Source of the DNA: Octopus sinensis
Taxonomy: Eukaryota
Length of the DNA: 64,000 nt
Reading direction: 5' to 3'
NCBI RefSeq assembly: GCF_006345805.1
Contig: NC_043007.1
Location: 67,146,001 to 67,210,000, forward strand
Part shown: positions 25,601-39,900 of the stretch, one piece after another
Numbering within the stretch: the stretch's first letter is position 1
Layout of the letters: each line of letters opens with the position of its first letter
Notes under the pieces: generated by a model
What the model was told of the DNA's origin: nothing
Databases searched by the model: none
What the model saw: only the letters and a program-made list of their open reading frames with translations
Translations under genes and position numbers: made by a program

Positions 25601-28600
25601 TAATCATACATAATCTTGTAGCTTCAAGATCTCAATGTAATTGTTTGTATTTAGAATGACATTGCAGGGTAAGTTAGAGAAGCAAGATCTGGCCAATTGA
25701 AGATAAAACAGGCAGAATATTTGGGCCAGGTGTGAATAGTTTATATGCTAAAGGGTTAAACAACTCCAAAAAGTTAAACTGGTATTGGCAGCATTTCAAT
25801 ACCAAAAATCCCTTTAGTTTCACTATCTTCAATGTCAGCAATCCCCGCAGCTTTTCCAAAAAGGTAGAGGTAAAAAAAGATTCTTAATAACAACAATGAC
25901 CTTTAATATAGACACAAGGCCACAAACTTTGAACGAGTTTGCCCTTCATTCACCAGTCAAATATATTGAGGTTCATTGAAATGACAAAGTAAATCCTGGT
26001 GGGATTTGAGCTCAAAACATATCTCAAGATATTTTCTCCATTACTATCCTGATTCTGCCATTCATCTACCTCTTAATAACAATAATGACTTCTAACATAG
26101 GTACAAGGCAAGATATTTTGAGGAGAAGAAAATAGTTGATTACATTAAGCCCAGTATTAGACAGGTATTTCCTCACCCCTAGGGGGATGAAAGCAAAGTC
26201 AACTTTGGTAGGATTTGAACTCAAAAGGTAAAGAGCCATTATAAGGCATTTTATCTGATGCTCTAATGATTATCCTAATTCTCTGCCCAGCAGCAGTAGT
26301 TTCTTATATCGATAAAAAGCTATGAATTTGTAAGGGTAACATCAAATGAATCAGTTGCCAATACTAGAGTGGTATTTACTCTCCCTTTCCTAGGCCCTTA
26401 AATGTTTGTGGAATCATAGGGAGCAATGCTGTGATGAACTCTAATGAAACTCATCCCTCTTTAGGTCTAACTACAGTTGATTTCTTCCAGAAAGAAGCAA
26501 GGAACAGAAAAAAAAAAAAAAAGAGAATCAAACCTCAGTAATGGACTGCTGCTTGAGTCATCAACCTCAAAACGATGAAGGACAAAAATTGACCTCAGAA
26601 TGCAGAGAGCTGAAACCAATACTGCAAGACATTTGACCCAATGCTCTAACAACTACATTAGTAGAGGCACGTGGCTTAGTCGTTAGGGTACTGATGTATC
26701 AACTGATATCAAATCAAATCTAAGTAGAGACTTCAAACTTGAAATCTTCAAAGCCACAGTTGAACCAATTCTACTATATGGCTCAGAAACCTGGACGTTA
26801 TCAAAGAAGCTTGAGAGGCAGTTGGATGGAACCTACACTCGCCTCCTTATGAGAGCTCAAAATCTCTCGTGGAAGCGTCATCCAACCAAAATGCAAATGT
26901 ATGGGAAACTACCACCTGTGTCATCTCTTGTGAAAGGTAAGAGAGTCCAGTTTGCTGGACATTGTTGTAGAGCTGAAAACGAGGCAATTTCTACTCTTCT
27001 CCTCTGGAAGCCATCTACTCGCAATACCAGAGGGCGCACACTCTCCTACCCTGATGTAATCTCCAGGGATACAGGCATCCAGCAACAGGACCTCCGTACT
27101 GCTATGATGGACCATGAAGCCTGGTGTAGCATGGTAAATTCCATGGACCATGAAGCCTGGTGTAGCATGGTAAATTCCATTGCCTCGACCACAGTTGAAC
27201 AATGATGACTGATGTCATAATCATAAGATTGTGGTTGCAGTTCCTGGACCAGGTGACGCATTGTGTTCTTGAGCAAAACACTTCATTTCACATAGTTCTA
27301 GTTGACTTAGCTGGCAAAAATGAGTAATCCTGTGATAGACTAGCATCCTATCCAGGTGGGTAATATATACACCATGAAAACAGAGAAACCAGCTCTTGTG
27401 AGTCAGTATGACTTGAGAACTTAACTTACTAACGACTATCATAGGTTGATGTTTTGCTTATGTTATCAATGCCTGGAGGAGTAAAAGACAACTTCAGCCC
27501 CTGTGATATTCAAACTTGGAATGTTAAGACAAAACTAAGTCTTGTAAAGTATTTATCCTGGCATACTATACCACTTCTACCATTCTCCACTGCCTTCAAC
27601 AACAAAAACAACAACAACAAATAACAATTATAATGTTAGTGACAAGTGATATAAGCATACCAAAAACCCATGTTAATTGTGAATACAAAAAAAAAAAAGA
27701 CTAACTTGTTTCCCCACCTCCCAATTTTTTTTTTAATTACTAATTAGGAAGCACAATAAATGAACATTGCAAGACTAGCAGAATAATGAAAATTGTTTAT
27801 AAACAAAGACATGGGTAGGTGTTGTGAAGGATAGAGAACAAAACATTGTGGGGTGGTAAGCAATATATAACTAGTTTTTAAAAAAAGCAACCAGAGCGGA
27901 TTATGTATGTATGTATGTATGTATGAATGTATACATGAAGAGATATATACATGTGCGTGTGTGTGTGTGAGTAAGAGTGAGTGAGTGAGTGTATGTTTGT
28001 ATCTCCTGAGTGTTGACCGAATAAAGAGGAAGGAGAAGGGATGGGGAGGAAAGTGCCAGGTTACCTACATCTTCCTCCATTATATCTGAAAGACTATGCT
28101 GGTTCAACTCGGTGTTGTCCTCCCTCAGCCCACACCCCTGACCCTCATCCACTGGCTCCTGCATGAATACCGGCAGTTCTTCGGCATGCTGCTGCATCAA
28201 GCAAAATATTTATATTTATATATTATATTATATAAATATCATATATATATATATATTAAAATGGTTGTCAATCAGTGTAACTAAAAAATGTATAAAACTG
28301 TATAAAATAAAAATGGAAAATGGGGAGGGTGAAAAAAAATGGGAAAATATAAAATGTTAAAAAGATGAAGAAAACAGAAAATTAAAATAAGAGAATGAAT
28401 ACTGATGATGCTAACACAGTTAAAAAGAAGTACCCAACATTATTAGTAACTCCTATATGCATGTACCAAGTTGTAATCCACACTCTTTGGGACAACAAGT
28501 TATGTATCAAGCCAATAAAGGCTCCTTTATTTAGTTGTTTGACTTGTTAGAAATAGCAACCTATTCTCACTTTATGAAAAAAAAATATGATGGTCAAGGC

Positions 28601-31534
28601 TTGAATCTCTTTGACAACTGGTCAATTCAATCATGTATGGTTTTATAATTTTTATGAGAGTTTAAACAGGCAATGACATTAAGGCAGTAGATTTACAATT
28701 ATATAAATCTTCAACATTATTTTTCCCTTTTTCTTTTAGATTTTTGATCTGTCCTTTTTTTTAAAGCCTTTAGCATTCAGATTACTTTGTCAAATATATT
28801 GCTTATTTATTCACATTGTTTTAAATTTTTCATCCATTATCTTATGGCTTCAATATATTAATAATGTGATTGCTTATTTTTAGAATGCCATTGTATGGTA
28901 CATGTGAGAAGCCAGACCTGTCCGGTCTAAACACGAAACAGGTAGAATATTTGGGCCAGATAAGGCCAGTTTAAATCCTAAAAGGTTAAAGGAAGTTGTT
29001 TCTTTTATGAATTCTGACTTCAATGTTATATGAGTTTGCACCTTCACATATGCAAGCTGAATCAGTGTAAACAAAGAAACATCAATATTTGAAAATACTT
29101 TTTAGCACATAAAGAAGCTTCTCAAGTGAGTGACATCAACTCACTGTAATTGCTCTACCAGTTTCACAAATGTACTGCTACTTTTAACCTTCAGCACACT
29201 GTAGGTGCATCATCTCAGCGTATGAGTTTTCTCCCCTGTAGTAACAGGGCAGTAGCAAGGGAAACAATTCTAGAGAAAATGCAGTGTGCTAAAGGTTAAA
29301 ATGGAGTCACATGTATTTTGAGAATAAAACCATTGAAGAGTATGAACTGCAACTAAGACGAAACAGTATCAGCTAATAAGTAACAGGTCTCTATTGTGTG
29401 TTTAATCAATCTAAGCTCGTTAAGGCAACTCACTAGTAATAACACTGATCAAGTCATTAGTTGTCAAATATAACTGAGTATCAGACAGTGCCCAAGTTAC
29501 TTGGTATAGTTAAGAAAATCTGCAGCTCTACAAACTCCACACAATGTCTCCAAGTTAGTTTATAGCTAAGTAGGCACATAACAGTTCAAAAGAAAAAACA
29601 AAACACAGGATGAAAGGAAAAAGTAAACATAAAAACATGCATTATTATTCTTTTTCATTCAATATTTCTATTTACAACATAGTAAACATCAAATTTTAAA
29701 TAAAAAAAAAGGAATGATAACACAAAGATGCTCAGTCAATTATACATGCTAAATGCCTTAATAATAGCAATTCAAAAGAAATAAAAAGGTTTGTTTTGTT
29801 TCATTTTAATTTGATGACTATTTACTCAAAAAGCTAACTTTCTTTTCCAAAAGCAAACAAATTTCACTAACGAAAATACATTAATTTACCAAAAAAAAAA
29901 AAAACTACCACATCCTTTCCTTTTTAAATAAACAACACGAAAAAAAAAACTTAAACGGAGTTATATATTTTATTCAAAGTGCATAAGTTTCCTCAAATTA
30001 AAGAATGGATAAGTTACAACGGGATCCAATAGAACTATGTCAAATTACTATCAATTCATTAAAATTAAATGAAATTAAACTAAATGATTAAGCAATCAAC
30101 TATTTCCCACTAAAGATTAACGAAATATATCTGGCACGTATTTCTATTATAGTTCAAATCATTTATAAATTGTCTAAATAATTTTCAGTTTCCCTCCTAT
30201 TTTCTTAAAGATGAAATAGGTGAGAAAATAAAGAGAAAATAGATTTATTTATTCTTATATGAGACTGAATGAATCATTAGATTATAAACTGAATTAGAGG
30301 CCAACAAGTGACCGAAATGCTTAAAAATATTAGTAAATATATCGTTCAGAACTTTCCTATTATAATCTATTTCCATGAAATTGAGTGAAAAGCCGTAAGT
30401 GGTGTGTGTGTGTGTGTGTGGTTAACATCCACAGCTTACACTCACTTTATAGCATTATGGTTTATTCTTCTAATTCAAAGAACAGTCAATATTATTTACC
30501 CTACCTTATTACAAATTCTCAATGAACAAGGCATAAATCAGGAATATGCAGGCTACAAATTAGAACTGTAGCATTATATGTCTAAGAGAGTGACCAATCT
30601 GCCAGAAATGTGACTTATTAAGGCCAAAGAAGGCCTTAAGTCCAAAATGACAACATCTTTGCTGACGATGATAATACAAATTATTAACTTAAAATAGCCC
30701 TCCTCTGACACATAATACTATGAATAAACTACTATCTGGCCTTTTAGCAGTTTGCTATGTTACATATAGTTAAATTGGACATGCAGCTGGAAATCTATCA
30801 GTCTAAAAACATTGAAGACTTATACTTCATTAAACAAACCAATATAATGTTTAAAAAAAAGAAGGGCAGTGGGGTTTACATGGCATCAATGTTGAAGATG
30901 AAATAAAATTGAAAGAATACAATAAAACAGAAATATAATTAATAGGTAACATGCATGAAAATATATAAACATATTCATTGTGTGTTTATAATATATAAGT
31001 ATTTACAAAATCGCAAAAGAAAAAGCATGCAAAGAATAAAAATGCAAAAAAAAATATGTAGTAGAGAGAAAGAAAAGGTAGAGAAAATGGAGAAACAAAC
31101 TGTTATGAGAGGGAGAGAATGAGAAAGAGGTGGGAAGAAAGACCAGAAGAAAATTGGGTTCATCCTTGACTAATCAACCACCTCACTCTTTATTTCTTGT
31201 TAGAGAAGATGCAGAAATAAAATGCAAAATGTTGAGCAGAATGACAGATGCATGAGCCTACACAACATGCTTTTTATTTTGTTTTGCTGGGTTTTTGTTT
31301 GTTTGTTTTGGAGGGGGGTACATGCATGGTCTTAATAGGTGAAGTGAGGCTTTCTGACAGCATACCTTTTTGAAGAACCACTTTAACAAATCCTTACTAA
31401 ACTTCTACAGCTTTCTGTCACTGATCTGACAGATTTTGTTCCACATAAGAACAGAATGCTCATCATCACTACAACTACCACCACACCTGTCTCTAATTCT
31501 TAGTCACTGACTAAACGGGTATTTCTCCACACAG

Positions 31535-31587
<53 letters not shown>

Positions 31588-32273
31588 TACACACACACAC
31601 ATGCATATGTATGTGCCAAAGCTGTTGCATCCACTGTAAAACATCAGCCCATTAGCACCACCCCACCCCATTCCCTGCTTCTCATGTTTTACCTACAACC
31701 ATGACTTGCAAGGATTCAAGAGCAATGTCAAACAACATTGATCTCACTAGTTATGAAGGCCAAGAGTAGAATCCCTTCTGCCAGAATAAGCCAAAAAAAA
31801 ATAAATAAATAAACTAACGATCTAATGATATAAGGAGAAATATTGGCTTTGTTCATTACTATGCTTATTAGATGTCTAATTTTTCTTTTAAATATGATAA
31901 TTGAAATAAGGGATTATCTTGCTACATATCTCATTTCTCGTTCCACAAAACTTTAGTTTTGATTTAAAGTAAAGACAAGGTGTTATGGTTTGTTACAAAC
32001 TGAAATTAGCAATTTTACTATTAAAAAAAAAAAAAGGATGTCCCGTTGATGATGATGATGATCTGCTTCAAAAGAAAATGTTCTAAGAGGTATCCAGTGC
32101 TATTCCATGTTAAGTAGAACAAATATTTATTTGTATGAAACTGTAAAAAATACTTTGAAAAAGTTAAATAACTTTCTGGTCGCCCAGTTGGCAGATCATG
32201 CAGGCTTCAATTTCCTGTAGGAAGTTTGTTGATATATTGTATTGCAAGAATATTGTCTAAGAAATGGACATCA

Positions 32274-32308
<35 letters not shown>

Positions 32309-35300
32309 TATGAACATACAGAGAGGGGGAGAAGGGACAGAGACTGATCCAGAAGAATAATGAAAAACAAGTATGGAATATAGTAGCTTTTGTAGCATTA
32401 ACACTCGCAGAATATATAAAAGATACATGCCTGAAACCAGTCTTTATAGACAGCAATAACTCTTCTCATTGCTAAAGCATGGTTAAAAGAAAACAACAAC
32501 GCCTGGAAAGAAAAGAAATTGAAAACATATTTAGAATTAATTTTTGCATGTGATGTAATTACCTCCCCTTACACAAATTATCACCCACCCACCCACAAGA
32601 AATTTCAATGGTCATTATATTAGAGTTATCTTCCTTGGAAGATAACTAGAACAAAGAGACTAGAAAAAAATTCTTGTCTCATTGCATGCATAATCTCAAT
32701 TTTTTTTTCCAACTAATTATGCTATATATTAGCTCTTGATGAATATGAAAATAATTGCACAATAGTTTAAGAAAATTCGGGTATTACGAAAATTCCCCTC
32801 CAAGGCACAAATGCAGGCAATATTGTTTATAGAAGGCCAGCAGTTACCCATGCATACCAGCACCCCCTCTCCATGCCACCAATGTTATCCAAGTAAAAGC
32901 AAAAGCCTTGGTACCAGTGACATCATAATTCATTTCTACAGTTGAGTGAACTGGAGTAATGTGAACTAAAATGTCTTGCCCAAGAACACAATGCACAGCC
33001 AAGTCCAGGAATCAACTTGCTACCTCATGATCGTGAGCCTGATACTCTAACCACTGAGCCATGTGCCTTCACTTTAAGAAAATTCATCACTTATATTTAT
33101 ATATGTGTTTGTGGACATAAGTTTAAACACTAATTGAAACGTATTGGGATTTCCTTTTTTCTGTTTCTTTAAAATATTTATTTCCTCCAACTTATCAAAT
33201 TCATTCTCAATACTATCAAGTTTCATTTCTGTCAGGACAACAATTATAAATTAATTCAATGGGTAAATTCAAATTACAAATTTGGTTTTCTTCACCATAG
33301 CTGTGTCCACCATCTCATTTTACAACACTCACCACATGCAGGTGAAGTATCCAGGCAGTGGTGACACATGGAAAGAAACTATCTGGCAAGAATTCTTGCT
33401 AAAACACTAGCCAACTAGATAAGATGACAATGTCTCAGCTGAAGAATAAAGAGTCTGTACAATGTACACAGTAATAAACTGTACGAGGTCTTTGATAAAG
33501 CATTTAATTTATCTGGAAGCAAAGACAGGTAAGAAAAGAGAGAGAGAGAACAACTCATTACTGAAGCAATAAAGAGAAAAACGAAACACTTAAATACTGC
33601 ACCATTCTAAAATGAAATCATCTTCAACATTTCAAATGCATTGAATTACTGGTACTGACAAAGATTTAAACAAGAACCATTAAATTGTGAACTAGAAGGA
33701 ATCTAAGTCAATATTCTATAACTGGGTTTAAATAATGTTAAGTATCTAGAGTCACATTCATACTATCTTGGCCAAACATGAAGTTGCGAAAGAAAACTAA
33801 ATTAAATTCTTCCAATTTTAGAAACAACATCTGAAAATACAAGCATGTGTTCAATATTACCATGACAGCTCCAGGAAGATTTTAGGATAATCAATGGAAT
33901 TAGAAAACAAGAAATGTCTTGAGACAGCTTAAATTAGAAAACAAAAACAGATGCAATGTATTTATTGTCTGCTTTTTGTTTTTGGGGTTTTTTTTTCAGA
34001 AAAAGTCCCATCCAAACCATTAGTTTCCACTGCATCTCACCTTTTTCTCATTTCCAGGAAGATTATATTAAACAGACAAAATAAAGTCAGGTTCTAAATA
34101 ATTAGTAGTTCTACACATAGGCTTAACTCCATAACAAAATTAAGTTCTGGCTTCAACTCAACAATTGGTTTCATCCTTCCTTTCCTTCTATTAGACCATA
34201 ACTATGCTCTGAAAGATGCTATTTTTTTCTCCCTCATCTCCTCATCACTCAAAATAAGATTTATAGAACTGCTTGTTCATATTTACTAAGAACATCAATA
34301 TCACCTTTGTGTACATGTGTCAATCATCATTCTAAAACAGGTGGTTATATGTGCAATAGAGTCAGCTCATTAAGGATAAGAAACCATCTCATCTGCTTCT
34401 CTTTTAAACAACACCAAGAAAATTTCCGTAAGTAATGAGCTTACTGTTTTCTTCTTGGATAATATGATTTCTGATTCAGACACGAGGTCAACAATTCTGA
34501 GGAGAAGGGTTAGTTAATACCATGACTGGTATTATATTTTATCAAGCCTAGAAGGATGAAATACAATGCTGATCTCAGTGGGATTTGAACTCAGAATATA
34601 AAGAGTCAGAACAAATATTGCAAGACACTTTTCTGACACTCAAACAATTCTGCTAGCTCACCCTCTCTCCCTGGATAATGTAATAAAAGGAGTTGAAGTA
34701 GTACAAACCTGTCGGAATGCTTCATGGACAACGTTGACATTTTCTCGGGTAGAAAACAAAACTGATTTCACAATTTCATATTCTGAAAGACTATGGTCTT
34801 CGTTATATATACTAGAATTTGTAGAGTTATCTGTACATTGTGAGCCTGTTGATAAAGTACTGGCAGCACTTCCGGGTACCAGCTGGTCACTGTCCGCTTT
34901 TGGTTCACTCACAGCACACGTCTCTACTTCCGTTTGATGACTTTGCTCGGTCAGCAGAGAACAGGACAAACCCCTAAAAAGTAAAACAAAAAAGATGAGT
35001 TTGAAACATGCTACAATGGAAACCTGATCAGTTAACCCTTTCATTACTGTATTTATTTTGAGATGCTCTGTGTTTCTTTCAATTACTTTAAATATAACAA
35101 AGAATTTATCAAAATAACTTAGTTATCATTCAGCTAGTGTTAGGAACATAAATTGTGACTAAGGTTTGGTGGAAGATTTTAATTCAAAACTTATGAAAAC
35201 AAGATATTTGTACTTAGAGCCAGAGCCAGTTTCAGCCGGGTTGGTAACGAAAGGGTTAAACTTATCAAAAAGGGCCAAAGCACAGACGTTAATAATTGGG

Positions 35301-36911
35301 AGGAGGGGGACTACATTTACAAACTCTGCCTCACCCCCAGATCTATACGCACCTCAAGCTATTACATGTGCAAAAGCAGATAGGGTCAAACTGTGTCAAC
35401 AGCATCTTATGCTTTGTATTATTTACACACACATGTACAAACATGATATATACTTTATAAATTCGATCACTCAGAGGATTTGTAAGGCATTTCAAACAGA
35501 CATAAAAAGACTATCAGAAAACAGACAACCACACAAACAGAAATGCTGAATGTTAGCTAAACTTAACAATAAAAGTCTCTGTGAAATATTCGCAGGAAGC
35601 ATCAATTTTGTTGCAATCAAATAGAAACAGCATATCTTATATTTTCTTGGATGTTGATGCTATGCTACTGCTAATCCATCTAAATCAGGGGTTATCAACC
35701 ATTTTTATTTTTTATCTATGGACCCCTTTGATTACTATTTTATTCTGGTGGACCCCCATAGCCATTCGATGATTAAAAACTAATTTTATAGAAACTTCTT
35801 TCAAAATTCTTATTTTGCTTTTCACACATTAACTTATGCAGGTTGAACTATGTATAATGTTAGAGAAAGAAGCTTAGCTGTTTCTTGCAATGCATACCAA
35901 TATATACATCTAAAGCAAAATGTTTTCAGGGGCCCTTAAAATACTATTGTGGATCCCCAATTTGCTATTTTGTTGCATGGACCCCCAAAAATCTTATACA
36001 GACCCCAGTTGGGAACCACTGCTCTAAATATTGCAGAAAAAGTAAAAGGAAGAAAATTCAATTAACAGGACATTTTAATGGCCTGCATCCCATTGACCCA
36101 TAATCCATTCTACATTTTAACTTAGTTGACAGTTAAATATTTCCTATTTGCAGGGAACCATATATTTTTTAATAATTACTAAATTTCTTTTCAAGTTTAC
36201 TATAAGTGATGGTAAGTGATGTTGATGCTTCAATCACAGTGCAACCCCATAGGCTAATGTTAAACTCAATAATATAAATCAAAAAATAACTCATCAATTT
36301 GTCTGTATTTTTTGCAGCATTTCACCTAGTGATAATTACTTGCACTAGAGTTAATCCTTTAGACAGAGACACAGCAGCATGCAACCACATGAACTCCAGA
36401 CCATTTTAGCTAGCTTAACTCGGGGGATTCAAAACTGAATATCAAAATCTTACAAAGGACACACATGTCACAAGTAAATTTAACAAAATAATATTCTAGC
36501 TTGTATAGAATTTATCATACATACACATGAGTTCAGTAAAGTGAACAGAACAGAGAGAGAGGAGGAGGAGAGAGTGCATGTGAGTGTGTGTGTGTAAAAA
36601 AGATCATAGAAGAAATAAGTGCAGAGGAGGAGTAAAGGAGAGAAAAGAGATGAAAGAGAGGTCAAGACCAGGAAGAGTGGGGGAGAATAAAAGAAAGTGG
36701 AGAGAGAAAAATGTGTGAGAGATTGGGAAAGTGAATTTTTTTACTTTGTCATTGTATTCTCAGTTCGCTTTGTGGAGATCACAAATGTAGACAACCAACG
36801 GACAAAGGAATCCCGGCATTCTGAAATATTTAATGGCCTATCTTGACTTTTGAGGTCTTGCATTCTCCGATTCTTTGGTAATTCTGAAAAGCAAAACAGA
36901 AGAAACAAAAT

Positions 36912-36942
<31 letters not shown>

Positions 36943-39900
36943 TGTGTGCGTGTGTGTTTGTCTGTGTGTGTGTTTCCACACACACACACAGACAAACACA
37001 CACATACGCAGATATCCATACTTGCATATACACACTTATCAACAGATAGCTTAACATTAATGACGTATTTCCTATGGTGGCGAGGTTGCAAAAGGAACAA
37101 TATCCACCATAAAAAATTGGCTCAAAACTTAGATTCAAATACTTGATAACATAGAAATCTAAACATCAAACAAATGATTTAACTAATTAAATTCAACAGC
37201 AAAGTTAAGAGTGACACTTAGTTTTCAGCAGAGTGAACTGAGATATGTGAGTAAAGCACCCTGCAGAACAGAAACCATCAATACTAAAAGAATTCAATGT
37301 TGTCTCATCAGCAACCAACTCAAATCCAATGGTTATATTCCCACTATCCATCTTAATGTTTATCTCTCTCAAGCTCTATATTCAATAATACCTTCTGTCT
37401 ACCAAAATTTCCTTTCTAGAGCTGCATATCTCAGGATTCTTTCACCCCATTAATATCACTTCAATTCTTCTCTTTAAATCACAAGTACATTAAACAGTAT
37501 TATGGAAGTATCTTGCTCTCTCTCTCCTTCAAACTAATAATCTTAAACAGTTTTCTGTCACCTGTACTAGGACAAACTAATGAAAATATAGATTCAAGTT
37601 TTAAGAATAGGTTATGAAAAAAAATTGTTACTATCATTGTTTGAATCTTTTTTATGAAGTTTAGTGGAAAGCAAGAGACTTACCTAAAGGAGGGTCGTAT
37701 ATACTGCGTGAAAAATCAAAATCAGGTAGCAACCATTTCAGATAAGAACTTTTGAATTTGTCAAATAAAAATACAAAACTGGTTTCCCTCATACTTTTGT
37801 TCAACCATTCTACTTTGATAACCTGAAAGAGATGTCAGAAAAATCTCAACTAAAGAGTGGACAAATTAACTGAATTACATTTGTAAGAAGTATAGGAGGA
37901 TTTACAAATGAGAGACAAGACAATCCTTAAATCACAACAGAAGAGAAATTAGTAAAAAGTAAAAGAAATCAGTAAAAAAAACAGAACAGCGGGACATATA
38001 TGAGGAGAAAAAGGAAATTACATTTCACTATGGAATGAAGTTTTCATCATACACAATGAACCAGAGTTGAATTATTCTTTAACTATCAAGGAGACAGAGT
38101 ATATAGCTGTGAGAAGTCATCAGTAAGTCTAACACACAGTTAAATTCAAAATGGCTGACATTAATGAAATGAGTGAGTATTCATAAAGAGGCAAGTAATT
38201 AACTCCGAGAACATTGATATTTTGCATCAGAAAATTGGTGGGGGGGGGTTAAGATTTCAAGCTCCAGTCTGTAAGTAAGATAAAGAAGATACTAATCCAA
38301 ACCCCATGACATGTCTTCAACAAAAGAGTATCAAAATAATCACTACTTTATTTCAAGTACGACCAACACATACCTTTTCTATTGTTATTTCCAATCTATT
38401 TGTGACAACTAAGATACTCAATTATCACTAGCTTACTAATTTTAGTAATTAATCATATATTTTGTTTCTATGCTTCAGGAATCAACACTTTTTTCCAAAC
38501 CTTTCAGGAATTCTAAAAACTTTACTACATGTATAGTTTTAGTTTCTGTAATATTAAGTAGATAACATTAAAAAATGCACCTTTATTGATGGTTATTTCT
38601 ATTGCGGGTTATTCTTTCAGAACATCTGATACACAGTCTATAGCAGGAGTAAATTGCTGGAAAATGCAATTAAATCTTTTGCCCAAGGACAACGAAAACA
38701 ACTGCATAAAATGTAGACTCATAATCCAACAAATTTAATTATTCATTTGTTCAACATCAATGCACCGTTACAGCAAGAGTCAAAAGGGACAGCAACAACA
38801 CCAAAAATGTGAATAATTAACAGGGAAGTTGGTAGAGATGGGGGAACTAACAATGTTGTGGGGAGTACTGGAGACATTTATTTAAAATAACAACACAATT
38901 CTAAGACCATATGAACTCACCTCAGATACCAGATAAGCTAGAAAGGCATCCAGAAAAAATTTTGTTGTATTTTCTGGAAGTTTCTCTCCAACAGCAGGAA
39001 GAATGGGTGAAATTTCACCAGGACTGACAACTCCAAGATCATTGTTGTCTGGAATGAAATAAAATTGTAACTTTGTTATTTTTTAATAAATACAATATTA
39101 TGGTCTTGAATGGAGAGAATATAAGAAGATTGGAGAGAAATGAAAAGCCAGCATGCTCTGTTGGAGGTGCAATGAAAATGTGCATGAATGACAAAGTACA
39201 AATTTATTGAGAGAAAACCTGGGCTTAAGAAGAGTTAAATGTAGTAAGAAAGAAGGCTGTGCTGATAGACATGTAATGTATACGGATGAAAGAAGGTGTG
39301 TGAAGAAGTTAATGTAGATGGAGTTTGTGAGAGGAGTCACAGGAAAACATGGGACAAAGTAGTGAAGGCCAATATCAGGCTCTTGAACCTCAATGAAATG
39401 ACAAAAGACTAAAATGACTGGCAATATGTGGTTTTGAAGAAGACCTCCCCACTTCAGGGAATGAAGATTTTTGAAACACAATGTGTGCGTGTGTATGAGT
39501 GTTTGTGTGCATGCGTGTGCACTCACAACTGTCATACCCCTGCCCTATTTCCTCCACAAGACACTCCCACACACCCATCATCTCTTTAACTGCACTATTC
39601 AGCTGCTGTAATTAAATATGAGCAGAACTGCTGACATTACCCTGCTCTTAGTGCCCACAACCATATCACTGTTATCCATCTTTCCTTCTTAATACTGTCC
39701 TCTCAACTCACATTTTACAATGATTATTTTACTGAACCATCAAATTATCTCCTCTCCTTCACAATACATCTCCTTTCCTTCTTTCACATAGTGAAATGAA
39801 AAACTGAGGTAAACAGTGTGTAAGCCACCCACAACCTACCCAACCACGTCATTTCCCCCTCTCTCCCTTTTGCCCATCCTCTCAGATTTTAAAAAGTAAT

